Shown one piece after another: positions 1 to 8,836 of a DNA stretch of 54,612 nt. The DNA lies in IMG/VR virus record IMGVR_UViG_3300032233_002766, positions 1 through 54,612 of that record, one strand, 5' to 3'. The notes beneath the pieces are model-generated. The model was not told the origin of the DNA, did no database searches, and was given only the letters and a program-made list of their open reading frames with translations. The stretch is from a virus (lineage: Duplodnaviria; Caudoviricetes). Every line of letters begins with the position of its first letter. The first letter of the stretch is position 1. The translations under genes were made by a program, and so were the position numbers.

Positions 1-299
1 ACGGCTGGATCTGGTGCCTGGGCGTTCTCCCTGCCCAGGCAGGCGAGATACGTGGAACTGGTTGCCGTGGCCGGTGGCGCAGGGGGCGGCAGCGGAAGAC
101 GCGGCGCGGCGGGAACGAACCGAAGTGGCGGTGCCGGGGGCACACCTGGCGGCACGACAATTATCACCAGGCCAGTTACGGGTGGCGAACTGTTGTCTAT
201 TGCTGTCGGGGCCGGGGGCCTAGGCGGTGCAGGTCAAACGACAAATGACACAAACGGGAATGCGGGGAGCACGGGCGGGAACAGTAGCTGCTCATCTTC
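1..299. repeat. Terminal direct repeat/circular overlap with 54314-54612 (imperfect)
   Basis: Aligns without gaps to 54314-54612; about 20 mismatches in 1-216, and 217-299 identical. Confidence 0.95.
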
Positions 300-813
300 G
301 GGCAGGAATTGGCTAAACGCGGCAGGGGGTCAGCCTGGGGCTGGCGGTACTGCAGCCACGTTCACGAATGGCCCATCTGGGCCAGCGTTTTCTATGTGGA
401 GTTCTGGGGGTGGCCAAGGCAATGTTTCCCAAGGCGGTGACGCACCTATCAACGCCGCCATTCCCCTGTCCGCTGGTGGCTCCGGTGGCGGGGGAGTGAA
501 CACCTCCAATGTATTTGGACCTGGCTATAGAGGAGGAGTAAATAGCTCGATACAAGCTGGCGCTTTTGCGAGTAGCGCTACCGTTGAGGGGCAAAACGGG
601 TTCACGCAAACATCAGTAGACACCACCTTCATCTACGGGTTCCCAGGTGGCGGTGGTGGCGCAGGAAACTCCGCTGGCGCTGGCGGGAATGGAGCCAATG
701 GCGCTGGCATTGGTGCCGGTGGTGGCGGTGGTGGTGGGTGCGTGAATGGGTTTACGTCTGGTGCCGGAGGGAACGGCATTGACGGAATCCTCCGAATAAC
801 TTGTTACTACTAA
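1..813 (+). CDS. C-terminal part of glycine-rich tail fibre protein (continues from 53186 across the circular join)
   Basis: Frame open from base 1; 'VELVAVAGGAGGGSG...GGNGIDGILRITCYY' glycine-rich domain typical of phage fibres; same frame as the ORF starting at 53186. Confidence 0.8.
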   Translation, partial: TAGSGAWAFSLPRQARYVELVAVAGGAGGGSGRRGAAGTNRSGGAGGTPGGTTIITRPVTGGELLSIAVGAGGLGGAGQTTNDTNGNAGSTGGNSSCSSSGRNWLNAAGGQPGAGGTAATFTNGPSGPAFSMWSSGGGQGNVSQGGDAPINAAIPLSAGGSGGGGVNTSNVFGPGYRGGVNSSIQAGAFASSATVEGQNGFTQTSVDTTFIYGFPGGGGGAGNSAGAGGNGANGAGIGAGGGGGGGCVNGFTSGAGGNGIDGILRITCYY

Positions 814-814
814 C

Positions 815-1267
815 ATGGCACTTGCACTTGTAAGGGAATCGGATGGAAGAGTTTGCACCTTTCTGCGGGAAGACGGGGCAGAAGACTGGCGACCCCCCGA
901 TGGTTATACCCTCATCCCAGTTGTTGCATTGTCGGACGGATGGCAGTGGGCTGAGAGTGAATCACCTAGAGCCCCACAGTGGGTTGAGTTCGGTGCGGCA
1001 CTTTCCACCGATACTGCTGTAAACGATCTAGTGGCTACAGCCGCTCGGGTCGCTCCGGTGTTGCACCTGATGTTAGGTGTTGGCCTCGGGCAAGCCGCCC
1101 AAGGTGACCCAACGACATTCTCAGTCGCATGGGGCATGGCGCGAGCCAAAGGGCTAATCAACAATAACCTCCTGGCAAACATGAAAGCCCTCGCCGCCAA
1201 CTGCGGGCTGCCCTCCGAGTTTATTGAGGGGTTAACGGCGACCATACCTACCGTTACAACCCCTTAA
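815..1267 (+). CDS. Tail fibre-associated/assembly protein (putative)
   Basis: Starts 1 nt after the fibre stop codon; 150 aa; call is positional. Confidence 0.5.
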   Translation: MALALVRESDGRVCTFLREDGAEDWRPPDGYTLIPVVALSDGWQWAESESPRAPQWVEFGAALSTDTAVNDLVATAARVAPVLHLMLGVGLGQAAQGDPTTFSVAWGMARAKGLINNNLLANMKALAANCGLPSEFIEGLTATIPTVTTP

Positions 1268-1436
1268 CCCATGGCATAGGTCTGTCTCCTCACTACTGCC
1301 CAGGCTGGGGCCTCTTCAAGCCCATTTTCGACGCGGTTGATCCGGGGCTGGCCGCCCAAGTGCTCGTGGTGTCCTGGGCCGATTTCGTCTCCCGGCTGCC
1401 GGTTGCCCAGGACTTCACGTCATGACTCCAGCCCGC

Positions 1437-1447
1437 CGGGAAAACTG
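1437..1447 (+). promoter_or_regulatory. Late promoter-like motif CGGGAAAACTG
   Basis: One of 12 exact copies; 18 nt before ATG 1466. Confidence 0.7.
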
Positions 1448-1465
1448 CACTGACACCCGGCAACC

Positions 1466-1729
1466 ATGGCCCCAGCCCCCGCTCAGCCCCCTTCCTTCTG
1501 GGCGCCTGTCACGCAGCAGTTCCTGGCCGGGCTGCTGCTGGTTGCCGTCACCGGCATCACCGGGGGCGTTTTCTATATCGGCTGGACCGTGCCAACCCTA
1601 CTTAAGGAGATCATCGCTAATCAGGCCGCAACCGAGAAGCGACTGAATCAATTTGATGGCCGGCTGAATAACGTCGAAGGCCAGGTGAAGAAGCTCGATA
1701 ACCGCGTATCAATCGTCGAGATTCGATGA
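1466..1729 (+). CDS. Small membrane protein, holin-like (one TM plus coiled coil)
   Basis: Hydrophobic FLAGLLLVAVTGITGGVFYIGW followed by a heptad-like tail. Confidence 0.5.
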   Translation: MAPAPAQPPSFWAPVTQQFLAGLLLVAVTGITGGVFYIGWTVPTLLKEIIANQAATEKRLNQFDGRLNNVEGQVKKLDNRVSIVEIR

Positions 1730-1989
1730 ACCGCTCTGGCTCCTCCCCCCGTGATCTGGTGATTGTCACCGTGGTGGGCTGCCTCGGCCTGGCTGCGGTG
1801 GGCGGCTTCGGCGGGGCCGTGAGCTGCCAGGTCGCCAACCGCCAGGACTGCGGCGAGGCATGGAAGGCTGGCGTAGCAGGAGCCCTGATGGCGGCCACCA
1901 CGGGCGGCACCCTCCTGGCCCAGCTGGACGGCCGGCGGCGGAACGAGGAGGCTGTCGAGCCCCTGCCGAGGCGCCCTGGCGAGGGCTGA
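1726..1989 (+). CDS. Small two-TM membrane protein, holin/lysis accessory candidate
   Basis: Two hydrophobic segments, charged C-terminus, ATGA overlap with the previous gene. Confidence 0.45.
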   Translation: MNRSGSSPRDLVIVTVVGCLGLAAVGGFGGAVSCQVANRQDCGEAWKAGVAGALMAATTGGTLLAQLDGRRRNEEAVEPLPRRPGEG

Positions 1990-2011
1990 GAACGGCTGCA
2001 GCAACTGCGCT

Positions 2012-2053
2012 GCGCTATCTATCACGTATCGAAGGAAAACATCGAGATAGCGC
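2012..2053. other. Candidate attP site
   Basis: GCGCTATCT-N24-AGATAGCGC inverted repeat in an AT-rich gap directly upstream of the serine integrase. Confidence 0.6.
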
Positions 2054-2086
2054 TACCCTCTGAGGCCGTCCCCGCAGGCTATCGCC

Positions 2087-3388
2087 ATGCGCCTCGGCTA
2101 CGCCCGCTGCAGCACCGACGAACAGGCTGATGCCCTGGCGGCCCAAGTGGCGCGGCTGGATGGGGCCGGCTGTGAGCTGGTGGTGCAGGAGCTTGAAAGC
2201 GGCCGGAACAACGACCGCCCCGGCTTGGCGGAGGTGGTGGCCCTGGTGCGCTCCGGCCGCGTGCGCGAGCTGGTGATCACCCGGGCCGATCGCCTCGGGA
2301 GGGATGCCTCCTTTGCAGATGAGCTGCTGGCCCTCTGCGCCCTTCAGGGCGTCGCGGTGACAGCCCTCGACGGAGGCGCCATCGAAGCGGCCAGCCCGGC
2401 GGGGTTCCTGCAGGCCAGATTGCTCACCACCATGGCCGAAGTCGAATCGCGGATGCTGAGCCAGCGGCTGCGGCGTCAGTTCGATGTCTACCGGGCCCAG
2501 GGGCGCCACCTGCGGCGGAGAAAGCCCTTCGGGTATCGCGGCGGGCCCGATCACAAGCTGGAGCCCCACCCTGAGCACTGGCCCCAGGCGTTGCGGGTGA
2601 TCGAGGAGCTGCGGCGGCTGGGGTCGTTTTCGGCGGTGAGCCGGGGGCTGCCGGACTGGTGCAGCTGGACCCCGGCACCAAACAGCCTGCAGGCGTGGTT
2701 CTGCAATCCGGTGATCCGCGGGCACATCGGTCACCGCCTCGAGAAGGCCTCCGGCCAGGGCTGGAAGCGCCGGTGGGGGGAGATCCACTACGACCAGCAC
2801 CCGCCGCTGATCAGCGAAGCGGACTGGCAGGAGCTGGCGCAGCAGCTGCAGCAGACCCGCAACCTGTTTCGGGGCCCCGGCCAGCCGGCCCAGCATGCGC
2901 TCACCGGCCTACTGCGCTGCGCCACCTGCGGGCACCGGCTGCGGCGGAACACGGCGGCGGGTACGGCCTGGTGGCGGTGCCGGCATCGCCTCTGCAGCGA
3001 GCGGGCAGGGGTGCGTGAGGATCGAGTGCTGCCGGCGGTGATCGAGGCGTGCGTGGCGGCAGCCGATCGCCTGGCGGCAGCGGTGGCGGCCCCGCAGGCC
3101 GAGGATCCGGCGGTGGCGGCCAAACGGCGGGACCTGGAGCAGCTGGAGGCCTTGGCCCGGCGCAATCCGGCGGTGGTGCCGGCATGCGAGGCGCTACGGG
3201 CAGAGATCGCCGCCATGAAAAACCGCCCCCGGGTGGCGCCTGATGTGGAGGCGATCCGAGAGCGGCTGCAGGATCCGCGGCTGTTCAGCCTGGCGAGCCC
3301 GGCGGAACTGCGGGCGGTGCTGGCTGGTGTGCTGCTGGAGGTGCGGGTGGCGCCGGGGGGTGGGCTGGAGGTGGTGGAGAGGGTGTGA
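2087..3388 (+). CDS. Large serine recombinase (integrase)
   Basis: YARCST catalytic motif, ESGR..DRPGL, ADRLGR, recombinase domain, zinc ribbon LLRCATCG...CRHRLC and coiled coil. Confidence 0.93.
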   Translation: MRLGYARCSTDEQADALAAQVARLDGAGCELVVQELESGRNNDRPGLAEVVALVRSGRVRELVITRADRLGRDASFADELLALCALQGVAVTALDGGAIEAASPAGFLQARLLTTMAEVESRMLSQRLRRQFDVYRAQGRHLRRRKPFGYRGGPDHKLEPHPEHWPQALRVIEELRRLGSFSAVSRGLPDWCSWTPAPNSLQAWFCNPVIRGHIGHRLEKASGQGWKRRWGEIHYDQHPPLISEADWQELAQQLQQTRNLFRGPGQPAQHALTGLLRCATCGHRLRRNTAAGTAWWRCRHRLCSERAGVREDRVLPAVIEACVAAADRLAAAVAAPQAEDPAVAAKRRDLEQLEALARRNPAVVPACEALRAEIAAMKNRPRVAPDVEAIRERLQDPRLFSLASPAELRAVLAGVLLEVRVAPGGGLEVVERV

Positions 3389-3821
3389 GGGCGCACCGCT
3401 GCCCCTCCCCCTGCTCATAGGCCGCCTGCACGGCCGCGATCCCTGCAGCAGCGATCTCGCGGGCCGAGGAGGAGCGCCACCACGGCGGCTGCAGGGTGCC
3501 GGCATCTCGAAGCAGCTGCTGGGCGCCATCCATGGCGTGCTGCTGCTTCTTGGTCAGGGCTGGCCGTCCGCGTTCCAGGGTTGCGGCTGCCCGGTCGCTG
3601 ATGGCCTTCTCCATCGCCGCCTGCGCGATCTCGGCTGCCGCCAGGAAGGGGGCGGCGATGGGATCGACGGGGGAGGCGTAGCGGGTCTCGCCATTGCCGG
3701 CGCAATAAACCAGCCGGAACTCTCCGGCTCGCATTACATCGGCGGCGTGCCAATCCTCGGCATTGCCCCAGGGGATGTAGCGCCGGCCTTGCTTGATGTA
3801 GAGCGGGGTGGGGTCAGTCAT
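3285..3821 (-). CDS. Hypothetical phage protein
   Basis: MTDPTPLYIKQGRRY...; last gene of the leftward operon; its 3' end overlaps the integrase convergently. Confidence 0.55.
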   Translation of the reverse strand: MTDPTPLYIKQGRRYIPWGNAEDWHAADVMRAGEFRLVYCAGNGETRYASPVDPIAAPFLAAAEIAQAAMEKAISDRAAATLERGRPALTKKQQHAMDGAQQLLRDAGTLQPPWWRSSSAREIAAAGIAAVQAAYEQGEGQRCALTPSPPPPAHPPAPPAPPAAHQPAPPAVPPGSPG

Positions 3822-4017
3822 TGATCCCCTCCGGTTCGGCGGCGATGGCGTCTGCAATGGTTTCGCATAGGCGTCCGCGCCAATGATGATGAGGGCATGT
3901 CATGGCCACTCGATGAACAGGATCTGGCGTAAAAAACGGCCCGTATCCTTTGGGTAGAGCGGCAACACCACAAACCGGGCAGTGCACCACCTGCGCGGCG
4001 GGGGAGAGATCAGCCAT
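3814..4017 (-). CDS. Small Cys/His (zinc-finger-like) protein
   Basis: CPVCG...CPHHH; overlaps its neighbours in the operon. Confidence 0.5.
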   Translation of the reverse strand: MADLSPAAQVVHCPVCGVAALPKGYGPFFTPDPVHRVAMTCPHHHWRGRLCETIADAIAAEPEGIND

Positions 4018-4444
4018 CAGAGCGGCCCTTCAGTTCGGCGGCGGCGCGGTCGGCCTCTTCACTAAGGTCCTCCGACGAGCCAAACCTGGCCCCCCTGGGG
4101 CCTTCCCCTCGCCGCAGCCAACCCGCCACCAGCCGCACCACTTGAATGGCCGTGGGGGTGGCGCTATCTCCGGGCTGCCCCACAGAGGCGAAGTCGGCGA
4201 TCAGTTCAGCCAGCTGCTGTGCCAACGTGGCCGGCTTTGACGGCGCGGCCCCGGCTTCATCCTCATCCCGATCCAACGCGATCAGCCGGTCGAGCTTGTC
4301 GGGCTGGCCCCCGGCAGCAACCGCCTCCAGGGCCTCGACCCGCCCCAGTAGGTAAAGCAAAGCCTGAGGCTCAGCCTGCCCCAGGGCGGCGGCATGGCGC
4401 AGCCAGGCCAGTTGATCAGGGGAGAGGGGGGTGACGTCCTTCAT
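4010..4444 (-). CDS. Hypothetical protein
   Basis: Probable start MKDVTPLSPDQLAW overlapping the upstream stop codon. Confidence 0.55.
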   Translation of the reverse strand: MKDVTPLSPDQLAWLRHAAALGQAEPQALLYLLGRVEALEAVAAGGQPDKLDRLIALDRDEDEAGAAPSKPATLAQQLAELIADFASVGQPGDSATPTAIQVVRLVAGWLRRGEGPRGARFGSSEDLSEEADRAAAELKGRSDG

Positions 4445-4884
4445 TGGTCGTTGGTGGTGGGGTGGTGTGCTGCTGCAGGGGGCGCGGCCTCCTCGCGGAT
4501 GGCGGTCAGCAGATCGCTGCGCTGGTGGGCGCGTTCGGCCGACCAGGCGGCTGACCATTCGGCTGACCATTCGGCTAACCCGGCGGCTAACCAGGCGGCT
4601 GCCCTGGCGGCTAACCCGGCGGCTACCCTGGCGGCTGCCTCGGCGGCTACCCTGGCGGCTGCCTCGGCGGCAGACCATTCCTGCTCCGTGGGCTCGTCGC
4701 CGTCTAGCCGGCGCCGGTGGAGCTGGGCAACGGCCGCGGGGTGCTCGTTATCAATGCGGCCCAGCATCGGCACCAGAAAACGCGATCTCACGCGTTCCCA
4801 GTCCAGCGGCTCGCTGGGTAGAGCCACGTCGAGGTCAGCCGCCAGGCGCTGCAGATCCGGCGGGGATGGGGTGGTAATGGGCAT
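4441..4884 (-). CDS. Hypothetical protein with Ala/Trp-rich tandem repeats
   Basis: MPITTPSPP...AAEAAARVAAEAAARVAAG...AEWSAEWSAAWSAERAHQ; DNA tandem repeats at about 4545-4680. Confidence 0.6.
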   Translation of the reverse strand: MPITTPSPPDLQRLAADLDVALPSEPLDWERVRSRFLVPMLGRIDNEHPAAVAQLHRRRLDGDEPTEQEWSAAEAAARVAAEAAARVAAGLAARAAAWLAAGLAEWSAEWSAAWSAERAHQRSDLLTAIREEAAPPAAAHHPTTNDQ

Positions 4885-5062
4885 GGGTGGTGGTGTCGTT
4901 CGTCTCAAAACAGCAGAAGGGCTCAACCCAGCCCCCAGCACTCGCGGCGCGGGCTGGGTTCTGTGGGGCAGTTCGATCGGCGGCAGGCCCGTGGCGGCGG
5001 CGTGGCGGTTGAGCATCCGCTGGAGGGCTTCGGAGAGGCCCAGGGGGGTGGCTAGGGAGGGC

Positions 5063-5485
5063 TCAGGCATGAAGCTCCTCCTCTCGCTCGGCTCCGGTCT
5101 CGCCGCGCAGTTCCGCCAGCTCGGCCCGCAACCGCCTGGCCTCCTGCTCCGCCATCGCCCGCAGATCGTGGGGGCTGGCACCGCCGGGGCGCTGCACCGT
5201 GACCAGGATCGGCCCCTTGGTGGAGCCGAAGGTGAGTTGCAGGTAGTTAACGGCCTTGGGGTTGTCCTGGAGTAGGCCCAGGAACATGCCGGCGAGCAGC
5301 TGAGGGCCGGGGCCGGCACCGCCCACGGTTGCATTGTCCTTGTGAATCGCTATCCCGGTGAGCGTCGGGTTGGCGATGGCACCCAAAAGCCACTTGTTCG
5401 TCCGCTCAAGCCGCCGGATGGTGCGCCAAGGGGCCAGCAGGCGAGCCAGCGCACGCAGGAGGGAGGGACTGAGGTTGCCGCTCAC
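5063..5485 (-). CDS. Hypothetical protein
   Basis: GTG start overlapping the RecE-like stop; ...NYLQLTF...VTVQRPGGASPH. Confidence 0.55.
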   Translation of the reverse strand: MSGNLSPSLLRALARLLAPWRTIRRLERTNKWLLGAIANPTLTGIAIHKDNATVGGAGPGPQLLAGMFLGLLQDNPKAVNYLQLTFGSTKGPILVTVQRPGGASPHDLRAMAEQEARRLRAELAELRGETGAEREEELHA

Positions 5486-6651
5486 GCCACCACCTCCACC
5501 AGTCGCTCCATCCGCTGGTAGGCGTAGCCAGGCAGCTCCAGCGGCTGCGCGGCCGAGTCGTAGCCGGGCCACCAGCCGGAAGCGTCGCTCTGCACCACCT
5601 GATCGAGGGCACGGCGGGCCATGCGGCGGCCCAGTTCGGCCTGCTCATCGGAGAGCAGGTAGCGGCCGACGAACTCGGGCCTCGGGTGGGTCTTCTCTGT
5701 GGCGATGAACTCGAACTCGTAGCCGTTGGGGGCCACGATCAGGGCGCCTTCGGGCAGGCCCAGCAGCACCTCAAGCTCCGCCCGGCAGAACTGGGCGGCA
5801 TCGCGATACCAGGCGGCCGAGAGGCAGTAGTCAAAATTGGCGGCGGCGCGGCCGAAGTGGTCGGGGCCGGGGCCGGCATCCATGGCGCTCTTCAGGTCGC
5901 CGATCCAGAGGCGATCGCCCAGGAATCGCACCGCATCAAGGCGGGCTTTGCAGCGGGCCCCGGTGAGGGGGTCGATCCAGGTGAGGGTCAGCTCGTTCCC
6001 GGCCCTGTTCTGAGGGGTGTCGGCAAAACGGAGGCCGAGCGCCGGATGCTTGAGCACCGCGCTGGCGAGGGCGTCGCCGAGCTGCAGATCCTTGCGGCTC
6101 ACGCTCTGGGCGCTGGCGGCGCCGGGGTGCTCGGCCTCGAAGCGATCCCACCAGGCCTGCCGTGCCTTCGCGTCTTGCCAGTTGGTGTAGGTGGCCGTCT
6201 CGGTGTTGACGCTGCCGTCCTTCCGCGGCTTGGGCTTCTCCAGCTGCTTCGCGGTGGGCCGCTTGGGGGCGTCCTCGGGCAACACCAAGTAGCGCTGATA
6301 GAACACCTCGGGCTCAAGGAGGCGACAGTGGAACAGGTTGCCAATCAGGAATTGGCCGGCGTCCTCCGCAATCTCGCGATCGGGATTGATGAACTCGGCC
6401 CAGGCGTGCGCCGGGGTCTTGGAAAGCACCACCTTGAGCAGGCTGGCGTTCCAGCCCGGCAGTTCGTCGTAGGCCTCGCGGGGGAGACCGGAGAACACCT
6501 GCGGGGCACCGGTGAGGGCGTGGCCCCAGGCGGCGCTCCAGGCGGCCTCAGGGGTCAGCAGGGCTTCACCGCCCAAGGCGGGGTCGGGGGTCTGGACAGG
6601 GGCGGCGGCAAGGGTCGGTGTCGTGACAGGGGCGAGAGCAGTCGCGGTCAT
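5482..6651 (-). CDS. RecE/exonuclease VIII-like PD-(D/E)XK nuclease (DUF3799-type)
   Basis: NASLLK...TPAH, GNLFHCRLLEP, CKARLD...IGDLKS, AAWY; RecT in the same operon. Confidence 0.85.
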   Translation of the reverse strand: MTATALAPVTTPTLAAAPVQTPDPALGGEALLTPEAAWSAAWGHALTGAPQVFSGLPREAYDELPGWNASLLKVVLSKTPAHAWAEFINPDREIAEDAGQFLIGNLFHCRLLEPEVFYQRYLVLPEDAPKRPTAKQLEKPKPRKDGSVNTETATYTNWQDAKARQAWWDRFEAEHPGAASAQSVSRKDLQLGDALASAVLKHPALGLRFADTPQNRAGNELTLTWIDPLTGARCKARLDAVRFLGDRLWIGDLKSAMDAGPGPDHFGRAAANFDYCLSAAWYRDAAQFCRAELEVLLGLPEGALIVAPNGYEFEFIATEKTHPRPEFVGRYLLSDEQAELGRRMARRALDQVVQSDASGWWPGYDSAAQPLELPGYAYQRMERLVEVVA

Positions 6652-6794
6652 TGGCGGCAAAGCGATGGATTGCGTTCGGCAGCGGTCAGGGCCTGCCAGC
6701 CCTCTGGCTCCTCCAGGGGTTCGGCCTCGGGATCGGGATCGGGATCGGGCCAGTCGTCGAAGTCGTCCTCCGACGCGAGATAAAAGCGGCTCAC
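6648..6794 (-). CDS. Small acidic protein (48 aa; not in ORF track)
   Basis: VSRFYLASEDDFDDWPDPDPDPEAEPLEEPEGWQALTAAERNPSLCRQ; overlaps both neighbours by 4 nt. Confidence 0.55.
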   Translation of the reverse strand: MSRFYLASEDDFDDWPDPDPDPEAEPLEEPEGWQALTAAERNPSLCRQ

Positions 6795-7021
6795 CCCAGC
6801 CCCCGCAACCGATCCGCGGCGGTTTCCAGCTGACAGGTGATGCGCTGGACCTGCGCGGCGGTGCCGGGCCGCAGCAGTTCGAGCAGTTCGGGGGAAGGCT
6901 CCAGGCGGCTCAGCTCATCGGCGAGCGCTTCGGCCTGGGAGGCGATCAGCTTTAGCTCCTCCAGGAGCTGAACCGGCATCGGCTGCACACGTGGCGGGGC
7001 GGCGGGGAAGGTGGTGGTCAT
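6791..7021 (-). CDS. Hypothetical protein
   Basis: MTTTFPAAPP...; preceded by CAACCAGCGA. Confidence 0.6.
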   Translation of the reverse strand: MTTTFPAAPPRVQPMPVQLLEELKLIASQAEALADELSRLEPSPELLELLRPGTAAQVQRITCQLETAADRLRGLG

Positions 7022-7032
7022 CGGAGAAGGGT

Positions 7033-7042
7033 TCGCTGGTTG
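7033..7042 (-). promoter_or_regulatory. CAACCAGCGA leader motif (putative sRNA target)
   Basis: 11 nt upstream of ATG 7021. Confidence 0.6.
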
Positions 7043-7078
7043 TTGGCCCGTGTCTGGACCCGGGATAAGCATAACCTT

Positions 7079-7462
7079 TTACCGCGTGATCCGCATAGCC
7101 TTTTTCAGCTCGATCAAGGCATCCACCGCCCGAATCAGGAGGTGGTTTTCGATTTGTGGATCGGCCTGATCCAGCAGGGTATTCATGCGGTACTGGAGCG
7201 CAGCCAGGGCCAGATCGATCGCCGTGGCGTTGGGGTCTTGGGAGCCTGGATCGACGGCGCCCTGTTCGGGGTGAATGACCAGGTGATGGTCGCCACCGTC
7301 GTCGCTTTCGAGGGCTGTTGCAACGACCGCAGGCACCGCCAGGCCCGAATAGCGATCAGCGATCAGCAGCAGGCAGGGCTGGTTGCCTGCACCGCGGCGA
7401 GGCCAGCGCCGCAGCAGGTTGGCCAGGGCGGCAATCGTGATCGTCTGCGGAAGGTCAGACAT
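7079..7462 (-). CDS. Hypothetical protein
   Basis: 127 aa ORF in the leftward operon. Confidence 0.55.
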   Translation of the reverse strand: MSDLPQTITIAALANLLRRWPRRGAGNQPCLLLIADRYSGLAVPAVVATALESDDGGDHHLVIHPEQGAVDPGSQDPNATAIDLALAALQYRMNTLLDQADPQIENHLLIRAVDALIELKKAMRITR

Positions 7463-7591
7463 TGAGCGGCAGCTCGTTTATGAGCTGGGGAGCCAGCAAG
7501 GGCCGGGCTCTGGGGTTTTCGGCCAGTTGCCCAGCCCATGTGCAGGCCAGCGCAATGAACACCGAAAGAAGTAGGCCTAAAGAGAAGAACT

Positions 7592-8422
7592 TCATAACGC
7601 AGATTGCAGGGTTTTTCTCAGGCGAACAAGCGCCCGATTTTTGAGGTTGCGCGTGCGCTCGCGGGAGAGCCCGACCTTCTCGCCGATGGCGTCGAGGGTT
7701 GCCGGATCGCAGCCGCCCAGGCCGAACTTGAGCCGCAGCACGGTGCGCTCGGTGGGCGTCAGCTGGAGCAGGCACCGCTGAAGGTGCATGGCATCAAGGC
7801 CCAGTTCCTCGGCGTAGGTCTCCTCGGCCGGCGGGACCGTCACCATGTTCCACAACCCCAGTTCCTCCGCATCGCCGCGGCGGTGATCGAGGCTGGCCAC
7901 TGACCGCACCCGCATGGTCAGGGCCACGGTCTCCACGTTGGTGCGGGCCTCTGTAGCGACCTGGTGCTGATCGATGGGCTCACCCTGGCGCCCCTGTGCC
8001 GCCCGCTCGTACCGCTTGGTGCCTTCGGCGGCGTGGATCGGGATCCTGATCGTGGAGTCCTGTTCGGCCACGGCCCGGCCGATCCAGTGCTCGATCCAGC
8101 GGTGGGAGTAGGTGGAGAACTTGTAACCCCGGCTGGGGTCGAACAGCTCAGTGGCGCGATTCAGGCCAAGGGCGCCCTCCTGGAACAAGTCCTCCATGGT
8201 GAGGGTCCGGCACCTCGGGTAGAACTTCCTGGCGATCCGCACCACCAGGCGCATGTTGGACATGATGAGCCTGTCTTTTGCCTTGCGAGCCAGGCGCTGT
8301 TGCCTGGCCGTGGCCCCTTCGGCGGAGCCCTCGCGGATCTGACGGGCCAGGAGGATTTCCTGTTTGGCGGTCAGCAGGGGGGCGCCGCAGGCCCTGGCCA
8401 TGTAGTCACCAACGCCGCTCAC
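7592..8422 (-). CDS. RNA polymerase sigma-70 factor, RpoD/group 2-like
   Basis: LLTAKQEILLA (region 1.2), SNMRLVVRIARK, DLFQEGALGL, FDPSRGYKFSTY, RIPIH, region 4 TLDAIGEKVGLSRERTR. Confidence 0.92.
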   Translation of the reverse strand: MSGVGDYMARACGAPLLTAKQEILLARQIREGSAEGATARQQRLARKAKDRLIMSNMRLVVRIARKFYPRCRTLTMEDLFQEGALGLNRATELFDPSRGYKFSTYSHRWIEHWIGRAVAEQDSTIRIPIHAAEGTKRYERAAQGRQGEPIDQHQVATEARTNVETVALTMRVRSVASLDHRRGDAEELGLWNMVTVPPAEETYAEELGLDAMHLQRCLLQLTPTERTVLRLKFGLGGCDPATLDAIGEKVGLSRERTRNLKNRALVRLRKTLQSAL

Positions 8423-8667
8423 GGACGGACTCCGTTGCTTGCGGGCTGGCGCAGGCGGCGGACTTGATCCTCGAGGGACCAAACCCGTCCGCGCAGTTGC
8501 GTCACCAACACGCCTTGCTCCCTCTTGGAGTCGTAGACGCCCTTGCAATACTGCCGGTGGAGCATCTGTTCATACTTGCGGCGAACCAAGTAAGCCAGAG
8601 CCTTATTCAGTAGAAAGACAACGCCAATTACTGCGGGGACGGCGATCAGGAGAGTGGCTGAGTTCAT
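8419..8667 (-). CDS. Small membrane-anchored hypothetical protein
   Basis: N-terminal TM segment; overlaps the sigma start. Confidence 0.55.
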   Translation of the reverse strand: MNSATLLIAVPAVIGVVFLLNKALAYLVRRKYEQMLHRQYCKGVYDSKREQGVLVTQLRGRVWSLEDQVRRLRQPASNGVRP

Positions 8668-8836
8668 TGCGGCGAAAGCGATGGGGTGGTGACTTCGGCA
8701 AGGTCGCTGGCGGCCAGCTGGTAGCCCCAGCAGGCGGCCAGCTGAAGCTCTGCGGCGCGGTCGCCGTTGGCCTTGGCTTCAATCTCAGCCAGGGGCAGAG
8801 GCGGCAGGTCGTGGATTTCGAGCAGGGGAAGCGCCA

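Noticed and set aside
1-299. Imperfect repeat pair in a tail fibre as a DGR template/variable repeat
   Set aside because: No reverse transcriptase was found; mismatches are mostly synonymous and not adenine-specific; the copies sit exactly at the contig ends
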